DNA from: Rebecca billardiae RCC1528
Taxonomy: Eukaryota; Protista; Haptophyta
DNA: 64,000 nucleotides
Assembly (NCBI GenBank): GCA_965240325.2
Contig: OZ251241.1
Location: 310,001 to 374,000, forward strand
Direction of reading: 5' to 3'
Numbering within the stretch: the stretch's first letter is position 1; every line of letters begins with the position of its first letter. Of the stretch, positions 11,330 through 22,519 are shown one piece after another. The position numbers and the translations under genes are program-made. Under the pieces are notes generated by a model. That model did no database searches, was not told the origin of the DNA, and worked only from the letters and a program-made list of their open reading frames with translations.

Positions 11330-12260
11330 ATGGCGGCGGTGGTCGCGGCGACGGCGGCGGCGGGCTCGGCGGCGGTGGCTCAGACGGGGGCGGCGGCTTC
11401 GACGGCGGCGGGTGGGGCGGTGGCGGGCTGGGAGGCGGGCCGGGCGGTGGCGGCGGTGTGGGCGGCGGTGGCGGCGGTGGGCTCGGAGGCGGGCTCGGCG
11501 GCGGCGGGCTCGGCGGCGGTGGCGGCGGCGGGCTCGGCGGCGGCGGCGGCTCCCGAGGCGGGAAGGGACTCGGCGGCGGCGGCGAGCCCAGCAGCACGGC
11601 CGTCTCACCGTGTCCGAGCCAGGTGCCCAGCCGGTTGGTCGTGCGCGACCTGGCATCGCCGAGCTCGCCGGTGCACGGGCTCGTGCTCCTGAGCCCGCGC
11701 GTCGGGTGGGTGCAAGCGCCCCACTGGCCGCACGCGACGAGGCTCCAGCGGTACGTGGTCCCGCACCGCAGCCCGCGCACGGTCGCCTGCGCGCAGTCGA
11801 TGTCGAGGGCGTACTCGGCGGCGATGCGGGGGGCTTCCGCCTCGGCGTACGCGAGCGTGCACCTCGCGACCAGGTCCGCCAGCCTCGGCGGCACCACCGC
11901 CCAGAAGCGCAGCGCGTGCCGGCCATACGGCATCACGTCGACGACGAGCAGCTCGCTCGTGAGCATCGCGTCGGGGCGCGGGGATGGCGGCGCGGGCGCG
12001 GGCGGCGGCGGGCTGAGCGGCGGCGGAGGCGGCGATGGCTCGAGCTGGCGAAGCGCATGCTGCACCGCGCGGGCGCCCAGCACTCCGCCGACGCACGCGA
12101 CGACCGAGAGGCAGCACACCACCGCCCACGGTATGCCAGTACATCTTCGCCGTCTCGGCGGCGGCGGCTCTGACAACTCACTCCAGCCCTCGGATACGTC
12201 GTCCTCCGTGAACGACGCGCCATCCTCGTCGTGCATGCGGGACCATCCGCCCTCTGACAT
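10524..12260 (-). CDS. Type II membrane protein with small FN3-like module and long Ser-Pro(n) extensin-like stalk
   Basis: Acidic N-terminus, RRRRR, TM (IPWAVVCCLSVVACVGGVLGA), ATVRGLRCGTTYRWSLVA (FN3-like), then about 330 aa of SPPPP repeats. Confidence 0.65.
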
Positions 12261-12521
12261 CCCGCCACTCCAAGGGTGGCTCAAGCCTTGCTTCGCCTTG
12301 AGTAGGGCGCTGCCATCTCCCGGCGGCGACAAGCCAACGGTAGCTGCCCGATCGAGCTCGATGCTGGGAAAGCAGCGCACTCAAATCCGATCGATGGGGA
12401 AATCACGACACGACAACCCGGCACGATGGCTGCCGCCGGCTTGGCGCGGCCGCTCAGCGCTCTCTCCAGAGGACACACAACGCCAAGTGCAATACTTCTC
12501 AGCTCACTCAGACTGTCATCT

Positions 12522-13077
12522 ACAGTTTACTAAGAATAAGAGACGCACACAGCTCAGGCAGGCGAGATCACAGTACATGCCTCACACGCTACTGATTCGG
12601 GCTACACTCCGACGCGGCACATCGGCAGTCCGACTTGAGGCACTGGTCAACCTGGGCTCAGACACTCAGACAGCATGACTCATGAGGGGGAGTTGTGCGC
12701 ATGACCAAGCTTCAGCCAGATGTTGCAGGAGTGTGATCTGCAGCTACCACCGCTCTTGCTCGACGCAGGCCTTGCCCACCACATCGCGCGGTGCACTCTG
12801 CAGCCAGAGCCAGAGGCGGTGCGGTACTGAAGTTGCGGCCACATGGCCCGCCGGGCGCGGCGGGCGCCGGCTTATGACAGTGTGGCGGCTGTCCGATGCG
12901 CCAATTCAGGTCACTGCGCCCTGGCGCAGAGGAGATCTCATTTGGCACATGCGACATGGTCTTGGAATTTGTGTACGTACTCACACTGGTGAGGGCGGGC
13001 CTCGGACTGCAACTGCAAGCCTGCAAGGTGTGCCAGTCACTGTCACAGTTTACTAAGAATATGAGACGCACACAGCT
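12522..13077. repeat. 33-bp direct repeat pair (12522-12554 and 13045-13077)
   Basis: ACAGTTTACTAAGAATA(A/T)GAGACGCACACAGCT occurs twice, 523 bp apart, with one mismatch. Confidence 0.8.
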
Positions 13078-13319
13078 AGTCGGACCTAGTCACTCAGTGT
13101 CACTGATTGCAGTATCGGAATTACAGGCGCGCAGTAGCTGCTGCTCCCGGTGAGCAGTGTACACTTCCAGGCTGTTCCATCCATGTCCGGCCGTCGTGCA
13201 ACGAGTCAACGACCCTTGCCGCCGTGGCCGTGGCCTGTCGCCAGCCGAAATTCGACTCGAAAATAAGATCGCCAAGATGGGGCGGGACACGTGGCGCGCG
13301 CGCCTCAGCGCGCCCTCGC

Positions 13320-13631
13320 GGCCCCGCCGCCGAGCGCGCGCTGCTCGGCACCATGCGGCGCGAGCTGGGCATGCGCTGCCTGCGTGGCCAGGCCAAGATG
13401 CTCATCGCCCGCGCGCGCATGGCGCACGTGCGCCCGGGGGCACGCGCCCGCGGGGGCGCTGCGTACGACGACGACTTCGAGACGACGGCTGAAAACGCGT
13501 GGCACCGCGACCACCGCGGTGGCGCCGCGCGCGTCGACGCCAGACTCGCCCAGACGGTGCGTCGAGCTTCCGCTCGGCGATGGAGTGATGGGCGGCTACG
13601 AGGGGGGGGGGACGACGGCGAGGAGCGCTGA
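13320..13631 (+). mobile_element. Possible 3' fragment of a CRE-like non-LTR retrotransposon ORF
   Basis: LLGTMRRELGMRCLRGQAKMLIARA...VRPGA resembles the RR.L/W....R.NA..L..R C-terminus of REL-endonuclease retroelements. No RT motifs seen. Confidence 0.3.
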
Positions 13632-14068
13632 TCCTGGTGTTTGTCTCTGCTGCTCGATCTGCTGCTACAGCTTGCTGACTCTGACGGCCTGCCGGCGTTG
13701 CATACCCATTCTATGATCTAACGACACAGGTACTCTAGGTAGGACGGCGCAGGTCTCCTCGGATTCGTCGGGCGGCAGTGCCCGATCGTCGACACGAAGT
13801 CGGCGCTGGTGGCAGAGCATAGCCTGAACCGCGATCGAATGGCTTGAGCGAGACCTTGAGCTGCTGGAGCGCGATCCACCTGCGCTGCGCGGCTACCACG
13901 TCGTTAGGAGAAAATCTGAAAATGTAGGGGCGGATTTTCCGGCGACGACGACGACTTTTCTGCGAGCAGAAAACAATTCCCGCCTTTGTTGCGTGGAGTC
14001 CGGATGATCGTCCCCGGAGCCACGCGCCCACAGAGATCCGCACCGCTCGCCTGGCCTGTTCGGCAGCG

Positions 14069-14413
14069 ATGATGAAGCAGATCATCGTCCTCGTGGCGGC
14101 ACTCTTCGTCGCAGCGGACGCTGCGGCGCCGGCGTCGGCCTTCGGCTCGGCGACTGCCCCTCGCATGCTCGCACGCCAGGCCCCCGCCACGTCGTCCATC
14201 CGCATGGAGCACATCCACCGCGCGCAGGTGTCGGTGGGCGAGAACGAGCCGATCGAGGCGGCTGTGAAGCGCTTCCGCCGGGAGGTGTCGCGATCAGGCC
14301 ACCTGCCCACGCTCCGCGCGCGCAAGCGCTTCATCAGCAACGCGGAGAAGCGCCAGGACGTCCTCAAGAAGGAGAAGCGGCGCCTCCGCTTCACGCCGCC
14401 TCACCTGCGCTAA
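14069..14413 (+). CDS. rps21: Nucleus-encoded plastid ribosomal protein bS21
   Basis: Signal peptide, ASAF motif and transit peptide, then VSVGENEPIEAAVKRFRREVSRSGHL...RARKRF...EKR (S21 signature). Confidence 0.85.
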   Translation: MMKQIIVLVAALFVAADAAAPASAFGSATAPRMLARQAPATSSIRMEHIHRAQVSVGENEPIEAAVKRFRREVSRSGHLPTLRARKRFISNAEKRQDVLKKEKRRLRFTPPHLR

Positions 14414-15182
14414 GCGCGGAGAAGTGCTCCCGGAACGCACGGTGGCCCCCTGGAACGCACGGTGGCCCCTGCGGCCGCCGTGTGTCTGGCGCTCGCTAGC
14501 GGGATTTGACGCCGGTGAAACACCGCCCGCGCAGGGCATACAATCGCCATGACGCGCAGTGCAGCGCGCAGGGTCCGCCATCGCCTCAGAACAGGCCTCG
14601 CTCGAGGGCGATGGCCGCGATCACGCTCTGCGTGCAGCCGGACTTTGACATGGGCTGAGCCTTTTTACGACTGGCCGCTGCGATGGGCGGCGTGTGCGGG
14701 CGCCTGATATGGGCGGGCACCCGCTGGCCTCGCTTGCTGCCTTCTGGATCAGTGCCGGGGCCAGACACGGGCCGACGGCGCGCAAGTCCGGCTTCCGTGG
14801 TCGACACTGTACGGCTGCGGCCCGTCGGAGGCGCTGGCGTCGGACTGCCGACGACAGTATTATCGGCCGACTCTGCATGATTGCCAGCACGGTCGGACGC
14901 AGTCGACCGGCAGTGCGTCTGTCAGGTGCCAGGCTTCAACGACATTAAATCATATCAACTGATCGGCCCCGGCCGCACCGCACGCATGGCGGAGCGCTGG
15001 CCGGGTGGCCCCGGGCGGAGTGGCTGGCCGAAAAATATCAAGACGATGACGCCGCGCGTGATTTATTTCATTTTCATCTGGTCCGCGCGCGGCGTTTCGG
15101 GCTTTTTCATCTTACGGCGATCGACCCGGCGACGACGCTTCTGTCGACGAGGGCGTGGCCGGCCGCGGCAAAGCACCCACCC

Positions 15183-15953
15183 ATGGCTCGCGCACTCGTC
15201 GCATACGTCGCGCTGGCCGCTCTCGTGCATGTAGCGGCAGCACACGTGCTACTCGATTCGTCCAAAGCCCTACCGCTCCGACGCCATGCTTCGGCAACTA
15301 CCAGCCCACTGCGCGTGGCGCGCGCGCCGTCCGCGCATGTGATCACACTGCGTGGCGGTGCAGCGAGCTTCCCAGGGGAATCGCAGTGGAACGCGTACCT
15401 GAAGGCTCTTGAGAATCGGCCGATCCCGACCAAGATGGCCACGGCCGCCGTGCTGTCGGCACTCGGCGACGTGATCGCGCAGTCCCTCTCGGATGGTCCC
15501 TTTGTCTTGCGGCGCATGCTTGTGCTCGTGGCTGTGAACGTGCTGTACATCGCGCCCCTCCTGCACGGGTGGTACAACGCCTTCGAGTGGTTCACAGAGA
15601 AGAAGCTTCGCCTTACGCCGGGCACTTGGAAGTGCACGCTCACCATGCTCTGCTGCGACCAGCTGGTCAACTCGCCGACCACCATCGCGTGCTTCTTTGC
15701 CATCTTTGGTGTGGCAAACGCGCTGGCGGATGCAGCTGTTGGGCAGCCGCTGCCAGCTGCCGGCGCGCTCGTGTCGTCCATCGGCGAGAAGCTCCGCGTG
15801 GAGTACGTGCACTCACTCATCGCGAACTGGAAGGTGTGGGTGCTGCCTCAGCTCTTGAACTTTGGATTCGTCCCACCGCCTCTGCGCGTGGGCTTTGCCA
15901 ACATCGTGGCCGTGGTGTGGAATACCATCCTCTCTATCATCGCCAATCGCTAG
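15183..15953 (+). CDS. Mpv17/PMP22 family membrane protein with N-terminal signal/transit peptide
   Basis: YLKALENRPIPTKMATAAVLSALGDVIAQ, DQLV..P, ANWKVWVLPQLLNFGFVPPPLRV.FANIVAVVWNTILS. Confidence 0.9.
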   Translation: MARALVAYVALAALVHVAAAHVLLDSSKALPLRRHASATTSPLRVARAPSAHVITLRGGAASFPGESQWNAYLKALENRPIPTKMATAAVLSALGDVIAQSLSDGPFVLRRMLVLVAVNVLYIAPLLHGWYNAFEWFTEKKLRLTPGTWKCTLTMLCCDQLVNSPTTIACFFAIFGVANALADAAVGQPLPAAGALVSSIGEKLRVEYVHSLIANWKVWVLPQLLNFGFVPPPLRVGFANIVAVVWNTILSIIANR

Positions 15954-17085
15954 CCGGCAGCCAGCCGCACAGCAGCCGCAAGAGTAAGTACGCACTACCT
16001 CCACGCGACCCAGCCGTAATCTTGAGCACGGGCGCCTGCTCAGTGATCATGACCGCGGCATCGTGCTGAACTCAGATTCGCTGCTCACGCTCCCTCGGAG
16101 TCGGAGTCGATCGTCAGTCGGAGGCGGCTTAGCGACAGCCGGACAGCGACAGCGTGCGGCCGTGCGCTCGCCGCTCCTGACGAGATCATAATCATATTGG
16201 CACGGTCCGCTCAGAAAGAATAAGCGCGCGCGCGCAGCATGCGGTAATTGCGGCCGGGCCCGGGGCCCGGCCTCTGGGGCAGTCGGACTAGCCACTAGGT
16301 GCGCCATTATACAGCATATAGTAATTATGGCGCATTATCCGCCGCGGCGGTCATTATTATCCGCCTGGGGCGGGTACTCGGAGCCAGTGATGAGCAACGG
16401 CCCGAACGCCGACGAACGTGGCACGACTCGTCCGTAATTTAGATTTTAGTCTGTAGTCACGCAGTCTATTTTAAGTGAAGTGTCAAGTGCTAGCAGCGCG
16501 TGTCTAGTCACGGTCTAATGACTAATAATATTTATTATTAGTAATTAGTTAGTCAGTGACTTGAACTAGCTTATAAAATATCGATCTACCGAGCGAATAC
16601 CGCGGGCGGCGGCGCGCGGGCCGCGCGGCGGGGTCCTGGTCACGGTGGTCCACCGCGTCCGCGACGCGGCGACGGCGACGGCGGCGTCGCACCGTGGCGG
16701 CGCACGGCACCAGTACGCCAGGGTACGGTCGACGAAGACGTCACCGACAGATGACACTGACCTACTCGCCTCACGGCGGCGCAGCAGCGCCAGCAGGCCG
16801 CGGGCGCGGGGCACTCGGACCGAGTCACGCCCGAGTCAGCCTCTGAGGGAGCCCCTGCGGACTACGCGGTACGTAGACAGACCGTCGACGGTTCATCGGA
16901 TTTCGTCGTGTAAATATTATACGCGTTATATATACGAAATCGTGCTGGCGGTTATTATTATTCACTGCCAATGGTCGGTTCCGGGCCGGTTCGGCAGGTG
17001 CCAGTGTCATCAGGTCACAGGTGGCAGCAGGCGGAGTGCCAGCAGGCAGCAGCACCGTAGCAGGTTATCGCCGGGCTGGCACAAG

Positions 17086-17991
17086 TCACGTCCGCTTCAT
17101 GAGTGCGGCGCTCGTACGCTCGACGACAACCTCGACTTGGTATCGCACCAGAGCTTCTGGGCTCGGCGCGACCACCCACACGCCCGCTATCTCGCCCGCA
17201 TCGGGCTCGAGCGAGGCCACTGGCACTGTCGCCCAGCCAATCGGTGTTGCTGCGCGACCGCCAATGCCTCGCCAATACAAATGCACGGATGCCGAGGTAG
17301 CGCGGCTCGAAAGGAGTTCTCCAAACACGAATGTCATGGACGAGGGGCGCAAGCCCGTCGAGAGGGACCGCCCGCTGTCGATAGAGACTCTCACGTCCAT
17401 GAGGCCGGCATCTGCCGACGGCACGCGCACGATGCGCACGAGCAGCACTGAGTACTCGGCTCCGAGCATGACCTTGCCGTCGCTGAGGATTCGGGGATCG
17501 TGTGCAGAGGCGTCCACGAGTCTGATGCCGCTAGGCATCGGATCGAGCAGCCACCTCCATGTGGCAAACGCACGCATGGTGGCCACAAGCTCCGAGGCTT
17601 CTGCAAGCGTCTCCAGGCGTGCTCCATGCCGCGCAGCAATGTAGTGTGCAAACGAATCGCCGTGCGTGGAGATGGCCGAGCGTTTAGAGAGCCATGCCGG
17701 TCGGTGTGTCAGGACCGCGTTATGCATGGTTTCACGCAGCACCTCTGTGGAAGACGCCCCCTCGAGCTGGAGAGATCGCGCGCGCGCGGCCGCTGGTCGT
17801 GCCCACGTGGGCCGGGTGCTCGTGCTCGCAGTGGGCACTGACGCGCGTGTCGCAGCGTCGTTGGGCCGGGCAGCTAGGGCACGCCAGTGCGTGAGAGCCA
17901 CGCCAAGCTGGAGCTGCTCGATTGACACTACCGCCGCCACCACCTTCTCTGCGATCATCCCCATAAGCGTGTCCGCATACTGCTCCTCCAT
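17086..17991 (-). CDS. Hypothetical protein, possible C-terminal C2-like beta domain
   Basis: 301-aa ATG ORF. C-terminus has alternating beta strands and PIGWATVPVASL, similar to C2 domain ends. Confidence 0.5.
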   Translation of the reverse strand: MEEQYADTLMGMIAEKVVAAVVSIEQLQLGVALTHWRALAARPNDAATRASVPTASTSTRPTWARPAAARARSLQLEGASSTEVLRETMHNAVLTHRPAWLSKRSAISTHGDSFAHYIAARHGARLETLAEASELVATMRAFATWRWLLDPMPSGIRLVDASAHDPRILSDGKVMLGAEYSVLLVRIVRVPSADAGLMDVRVSIDSGRSLSTGLRPSSMTFVFGELLSSRATSASVHLYWRGIGGRAATPIGWATVPVASLEPDAGEIAGVWVVAPSPEALVRYQVEVVVERTSAALMKRT

Positions 17992-18237
17992 GCTGCGGGT
18001 TGCTCCGTTGCTGCCGCCGCGGGTTAGGGTGCGGCAACCAACGGTCGTAGTTCCACGACCAAATCTCCTCGTGAGAAATAGAATAGATAGCAGTAATAGC
18101 CGAATGGGTAACTGTACAGTTTATTTGTTTTAACGTGCGTAAGGTACAGTTTACTATGTTTTAACGTGCACAGTATTAGAATCTCGTCATCGTCTGACAG
18201 GCGACCAGTCTCAAGTCGACCACGCTGTCCACGCAGC

Positions 18238-19569
18238 ATGCCGTCCACGTCTCCCGGCGCCCGACGGACAGCGTGCCTGTCACTCGCCGCGCCCCCCGGC
18301 GTGGGCGCAGCTGCCCTCGAAGGCGCTGTCCGCACCTGCAGCTGGCCAGAGCGCGCTCTGCGCTGGCACGATGCCAAAGCGCCGGGGCGGGGAAGCGGCT
18401 TCTCCGCAGGTGACCTGTTCCCGGAGTCATCGCTGTATGACGAGGCGGCCGCTGGGTCGACGCCGTGGCTGCGAGCCGTGCCGGGGCAGCCACCAGAAGC
18501 CGTAAGCGCGGGGAAGCGCGGCCTCTCCCCGCGGGTCGCACTCGTCGTGTGCGCCTCCGCCGAGAGCCACGAGGCCGAGGCCGCGCACGCCTTTGCTGCG
18601 CAGCTAGTGCAGCAGCTGCTGGCACAGCTGGGCGCTGGTGCCGAGACGCTGCTCGCCGCGGCGCGGTGCGAGCTCGTGTCGGACGCCAAGCGCATTCCCA
18701 TCATGCCAGTCGATCACGGCCTCGAGGCCGTGTGCGTGCCGGCGCACGAGCTCACCAGCTCGCGCGGCTGCGACCACCTCGCCCGCGAAGGGCTCTTCCT
18801 CGTGCCCGGCGCCATCTGCGCGCGGGACGCAGCCGCGCTGCGCGAGCTCGTCGCCGCGCGCGTGGCCGACATGGAGGAGGCGATGCAGCAGCAGGGCGAA
18901 CGACTCGGCGGCGATGGCAAGTACTCCTTCGCCGAGGTCGTCCACCGTGGCTCCGAGCGATGGGACATGTCGCTCCACCGCGAAGGCGAGGCGGTCGGCT
19001 CGGCGCGCGCTGCTGCCGACCCACGGCTCGCTGTCCTCAAGCGTGTTGCCGCCGAGGGGCCGTGGGTGCCGACCGTGCGGACGGTACTCGACGAGCACAA
19101 GTGGGAGGCGGGCGCCGTGGTGAGCCGCCCGGGCGCGCGTGGGCAGGGCTGGCACGCCGACGGCGTGCACTCCAAATACGACTATGGCGGCGAGTCTGGC
19201 CCACCGCCCGCGCTGTGCGTGTTCATCCCGCTGGTCGACCTGCTCGCGCCCGCGCGGGCAGCTGACGGGGCAGTCGAGGCGCATGGGCGGGGCTGCACCG
19301 CCTTCTGGCCCGGCAGTCACCGCATGCGGCAGTGCGCGCATCTGGGCGCCATTGCGGCCGAGCGGCTCGACGTCGGCGTGCTCGCTGCCCCGCTCACGGC
19401 CGGCTCCGCTGTTGTGTACGACCTGCGCGTGGTGCACTGCGGCACACCCAACGACGCGTTCGAGCTTGCTGGCGCCGAGCGCGACCGGCCGATCCTGCAG
19501 ATCACGTACCATCGCACGGGGACGCGGAAGGGCAACTTCTACGGCTACGACGAGCTGTTTCGAATGTAG
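18238..19569 (+). CDS. Phytanoyl-CoA dioxygenase (PhyH)-like 2OG-Fe(II) oxygenase
   Basis: PGARGQGWHADG (HxD), VFIPLVDL, GCTAFWPGSH, AGSAVVYDLRVVHCGTPN, RPILQITY. Confidence 0.85.
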   Translation: MPSTSPGARRTACLSLAAPPGVGAAALEGAVRTCSWPERALRWHDAKAPGRGSGFSAGDLFPESSLYDEAAAGSTPWLRAVPGQPPEAVSAGKRGLSPRVALVVCASAESHEAEAAHAFAAQLVQQLLAQLGAGAETLLAAARCELVSDAKRIPIMPVDHGLEAVCVPAHELTSSRGCDHLAREGLFLVPGAICARDAAALRELVAARVADMEEAMQQQGERLGGDGKYSFAEVVHRGSERWDMSLHREGEAVGSARAAADPRLAVLKRVAAEGPWVPTVRTVLDEHKWEAGAVVSRPGARGQGWHADGVHSKYDYGGESGPPPALCVFIPLVDLLAPARAADGAVEAHGRGCTAFWPGSHRMRQCAHLGAIAAERLDVGVLAAPLTAGSAVVYDLRVVHCGTPNDAFELAGAERDRPILQITYHRTGTRKGNFYGYDELFRM

Positions 19570-20019
19570 CTTCAAGCTTGTGAGCAACAGTCACAGTGGC
19601 GACAGAGTCAGAGCGCTGAGCGGCGGCATCAGATCTGTGACGGATATTGCTGTCAGCATGATCAGGAGATGATCCATCAGTGGCCAGTAAGTAATGTCGT
19701 CCACTCGGAGGGACCGCCTGGGGTGGTCTAGGTCTAGGAGCTATATTTTGTATTATTCACTATATAAATTATTGTACGTAGATTATCATCAGCAGAGGCG
19801 GCTGATCCCGCCGCGACTGCCGACTTATTTACTTTCGGGATAGGCACTGGCACCCTCTTTCTCCAGCCGGCCGCCGGCTGCATCGCCTCGGGGGGCGATG
19901 CAGCAGGTGGACGCCGCTGCACCCATCTGGCCCTTGGCGCTGGCCTCCTCGGTGCCCCACACTCCACCCTAGGTGGGGCAGGGGGTGCAGGGTGTGACGC
20001 GCCCGGGGGCCAGGTTCCC

Positions 20020-20387
20020 CAGCATCAAGCACTGCATCTGCAGCAGCCCGCCGGCGGGCCGGGCTGCGACATCGACTACAACCTCATCTGCTTCATCGCC
20101 CAGAGCGCGCTAGGCGGCGCGCTCACTCTCCAAGCCCCTCTTCTGCAGCTGCGCGCCGCTTGGCCAGCGCGCGGCGACGCGTACTACGACCTCATCCTCA
20201 TCCAGGCGCCCACGCGGGCGCACGGGGGCGACAGCCGCGGCTGCCGCTTGCCGGAGCTACTCGCCGCTAGGTCGGCGGGCGGCGACATCGACTACGACCT
20301 CACCCTCATCCAAGTGCTCCGGAAGTCGCTCGGCCGCGGCGGCATCTGCCGTCGCCGCCGCGTGCCCCAGGCCGAGGCGGTGCTCCA
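20020..20387 (-). pseudogene. Degenerate repeat-protein ORF with in-frame TAG stops
   Basis: Minus frame from ATG near 20387 reads ...LDEGEVVVDVAARRPSGE*L...LDEDEVVVRVAARWPSGAQL...*...DEADEVVVDVAARPAGGL: three imperfect repeats interrupted by TAG. Confidence 0.4.
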
Positions 20388-21016
20388 TAAATAGTCAGTC
20401 CATTCCGGCCCCGCTCCCGTAGCGGGGCAGGGCTGCGGGTGGCGCACTGTCTGACCTGGACGGAAGGCGCGGACGCATTCTATGTGTCTGTTGCACTCTG
20501 AGCCTGACGCTTGTCCGATGCTGCCACGTCGTTAAATATATATATATATTATTTGCAGCATGTCAAGATGTATAACGCTCCAGTGACCGGACCGGGGGGC
20601 GGGGTGGACCGAAGCCGGAGCGCCGCTCAGCGCCTAGTACTCTGACGAGTACTAACTACTATTACTCGAGTACAATACTAGCAGTTAGTCGATCTTATTT
20701 ATTTAAATATTTTTAAACTACGAATATAATAAGCAGAAACTCCGGCGCCGCTTAAATAATGCAGCGCATCATCGGCATGTGGTCATTACTTCCTAGCCGT
20801 AGCCAAGTCGCCTGCCGGCGCCGCCGCGCGTGGATCGATCCTTGGAATGGTCATCATGCATGGCGAGCCTGCCTGGTCCGTGGTCGTGCCACCAAACGGT
20901 GGTCATCGTGCTGATGGCGCCTGCTCCATCGTGGTCTCACACACTCGCCACGATCAAAGTGTCGGCGGCCAAACGGCGCTCGGCGTGATGCGTACGCCTC
21001 AAAAGCTCGGCGCGCA

Positions 21017-22246
21017 TCAAGCTCCCTCCGACGCCGTCGCTCGAGCGATGCCCTCGAGCGTGCCCGTCACCGCGAGCGCGGTGCTCGCGAGCAGGATCAC
21101 AGCACACCAGAGCTTGGTCGCTGCACTGGCCTCGTGGCCGAGCGAGCGCAAGTAGCCACACACCGGCACGATCAGCGCTATGAGGCAGGAGACACTTGTC
21201 CCCGTCACCTGAAGCACGGTGAAGAGGAGGTCCTTGAAGGCGAATGCGCAGCCGACCATCGCAATCGACGTGCCCGCCAGGCATGCCGCGCGCACGGCGC
21301 GCGCGCCGAGCGCGTCCGCCGCCTGCGATGGCAGTAGCGCCACGAGCACATCTGTGAGCGCGCCGAGGCAGAGCGGCAGCGTCGAGACGAGCTTGGCCGT
21401 GACCGCTGTCAGCGCGACGAGAGACATGGCGCCGGAGGGCACGTTGTCCAGGAATGACGGCGCGAGCTCGCTCCCGAAGAGGTAGTAGCCGAGCGCGCCC
21501 ACTGCGGCATAGATTGCAAGCATCGCGCCGTACGCGCGTGAGAGGGCGGCCGCGCACACACTCGGCTCGCGTGCGCCGGCGACGATGCTGGGAATGGTGG
21601 AGTGCGCACTGAAGCAGAGCATCACCGTCCCAAACGCACCGCCCATCCGCTCGGGCATCAGCCACGCGCGCCCGCCCGCCAGCGCCGCTCGCGTGGCCGC
21701 TGGCTGGCTCACGCCAGCTGCCAGCAGGACTGCGACCTCCAGCCCGATGTTGACGAGGCCGAGCGCGGAGACGGCGGAGAGGATGCTCGTGTCGGCCATG
21801 CACAGGGCAAGCATGGCGCCCGCGGCGGCGAGGATGCCCCGCTCCCGCGCCATGCCGCTCGCCGCGTGGCAATTGCCGCCTATCAGCACCAGCATGGCCA
21901 CGCACGCCATGAACAGTTCGGCCGTTTGCAGTGCTGTCGCGACAGCTGCCCCGGCAGGGCCAAACGCCCGGCGACCGATGACGTCGTAGCCCAGGGGCGC
22001 AGTGGGCACGCTATCGCGCTTCTTCTTCACGCGCGACGCCTCGTCCTCGAGCATGCGCGCCATCATCAGGCCAGTCGAGAGGGCCATTGCCGCGCACAGC
22101 GCGCACAGCGCGAGCGCGCCCCATCCCACGAGCTTGAAGACGTACGGCATCCCGAGGAGGCCGATGCCAACGGCAGAGTTGACCAGCGTGAGCGCCGTCT
22201 GCCCGACGCCCAGGTTCCCGCCCTCGCCGCCCTCGCCGCGGCCCAT
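21017..22246 (-). CDS. Amino-acid transporter, Aa_trans (AAAP/AVT1-like)
   Basis: QTALTLVNSAVGIGLLGMPYVFKLVGW, YDVIGRRAFG, FSAHSTIPSI, YAAVGALGYYLFG; about 11 TM helices. Confidence 0.9.
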   Translation of the reverse strand: MGRGEGGEGGNLGVGQTALTLVNSAVGIGLLGMPYVFKLVGWGALALCALCAAMALSTGLMMARMLEDEASRVKKKRDSVPTAPLGYDVIGRRAFGPAGAAVATALQTAELFMACVAMLVLIGGNCHAASGMARERGILAAAGAMLALCMADTSILSAVSALGLVNIGLEVAVLLAAGVSQPAATRAALAGGRAWLMPERMGGAFGTVMLCFSAHSTIPSIVAGAREPSVCAAALSRAYGAMLAIYAAVGALGYYLFGSELAPSFLDNVPSGAMSLVALTAVTAKLVSTLPLCLGALTDVLVALLPSQAADALGARAVRAACLAGTSIAMVGCAFAFKDLLFTVLQVTGTSVSCLIALIVPVCGYLRSLGHEASAATKLWCAVILLASTALAVTGTLEGIARATASEGA

Positions 22247-22519
22247 GCTGGCGAGTAAGACGATGGACGGGGTCGCCGAGTCGCGCGTGGGATTAATTCA
22301 TGAAGTTTATGAATTCGCGACGACAGGAAAAATGAAAGCAAGGTCCTTGCAAGCATCCAGACGCGGAGTCGGACGCGTTCTTTCCGGACTGGGCAGCCAA
22401 TGGGCAGCCGATGGGCAGCCGCGGCCCGCGGGAACCGATATGTCTTTGATGAGTGAGCAACGATGACGCGCGACTTTATTGTATAATATGAGAAAGCCTG
22501 AAGGTGATGGCCGCCTAAC

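Noticed and set aside
10438-12678. 746-aa Gly-rich ORF on the + strand
   Set aside because: Antisense shadow of the Pro-rich gene; the minus-strand protein has a coherent TM, FN3-like and stalk architecture.
14432-14470. Two tandem copies of GGAACGCACGGTGGCCCC (and GTGGCGTGTAAGTGT twice at 35458-35502)
   Set aside because: Simple local duplications in 3' regions with no evidence of function.
16566-16900. GC-rich coding-like island between AT-rich spacers
   Set aside because: No convincing start, splice sites or motif; at most a gene or TE fragment.
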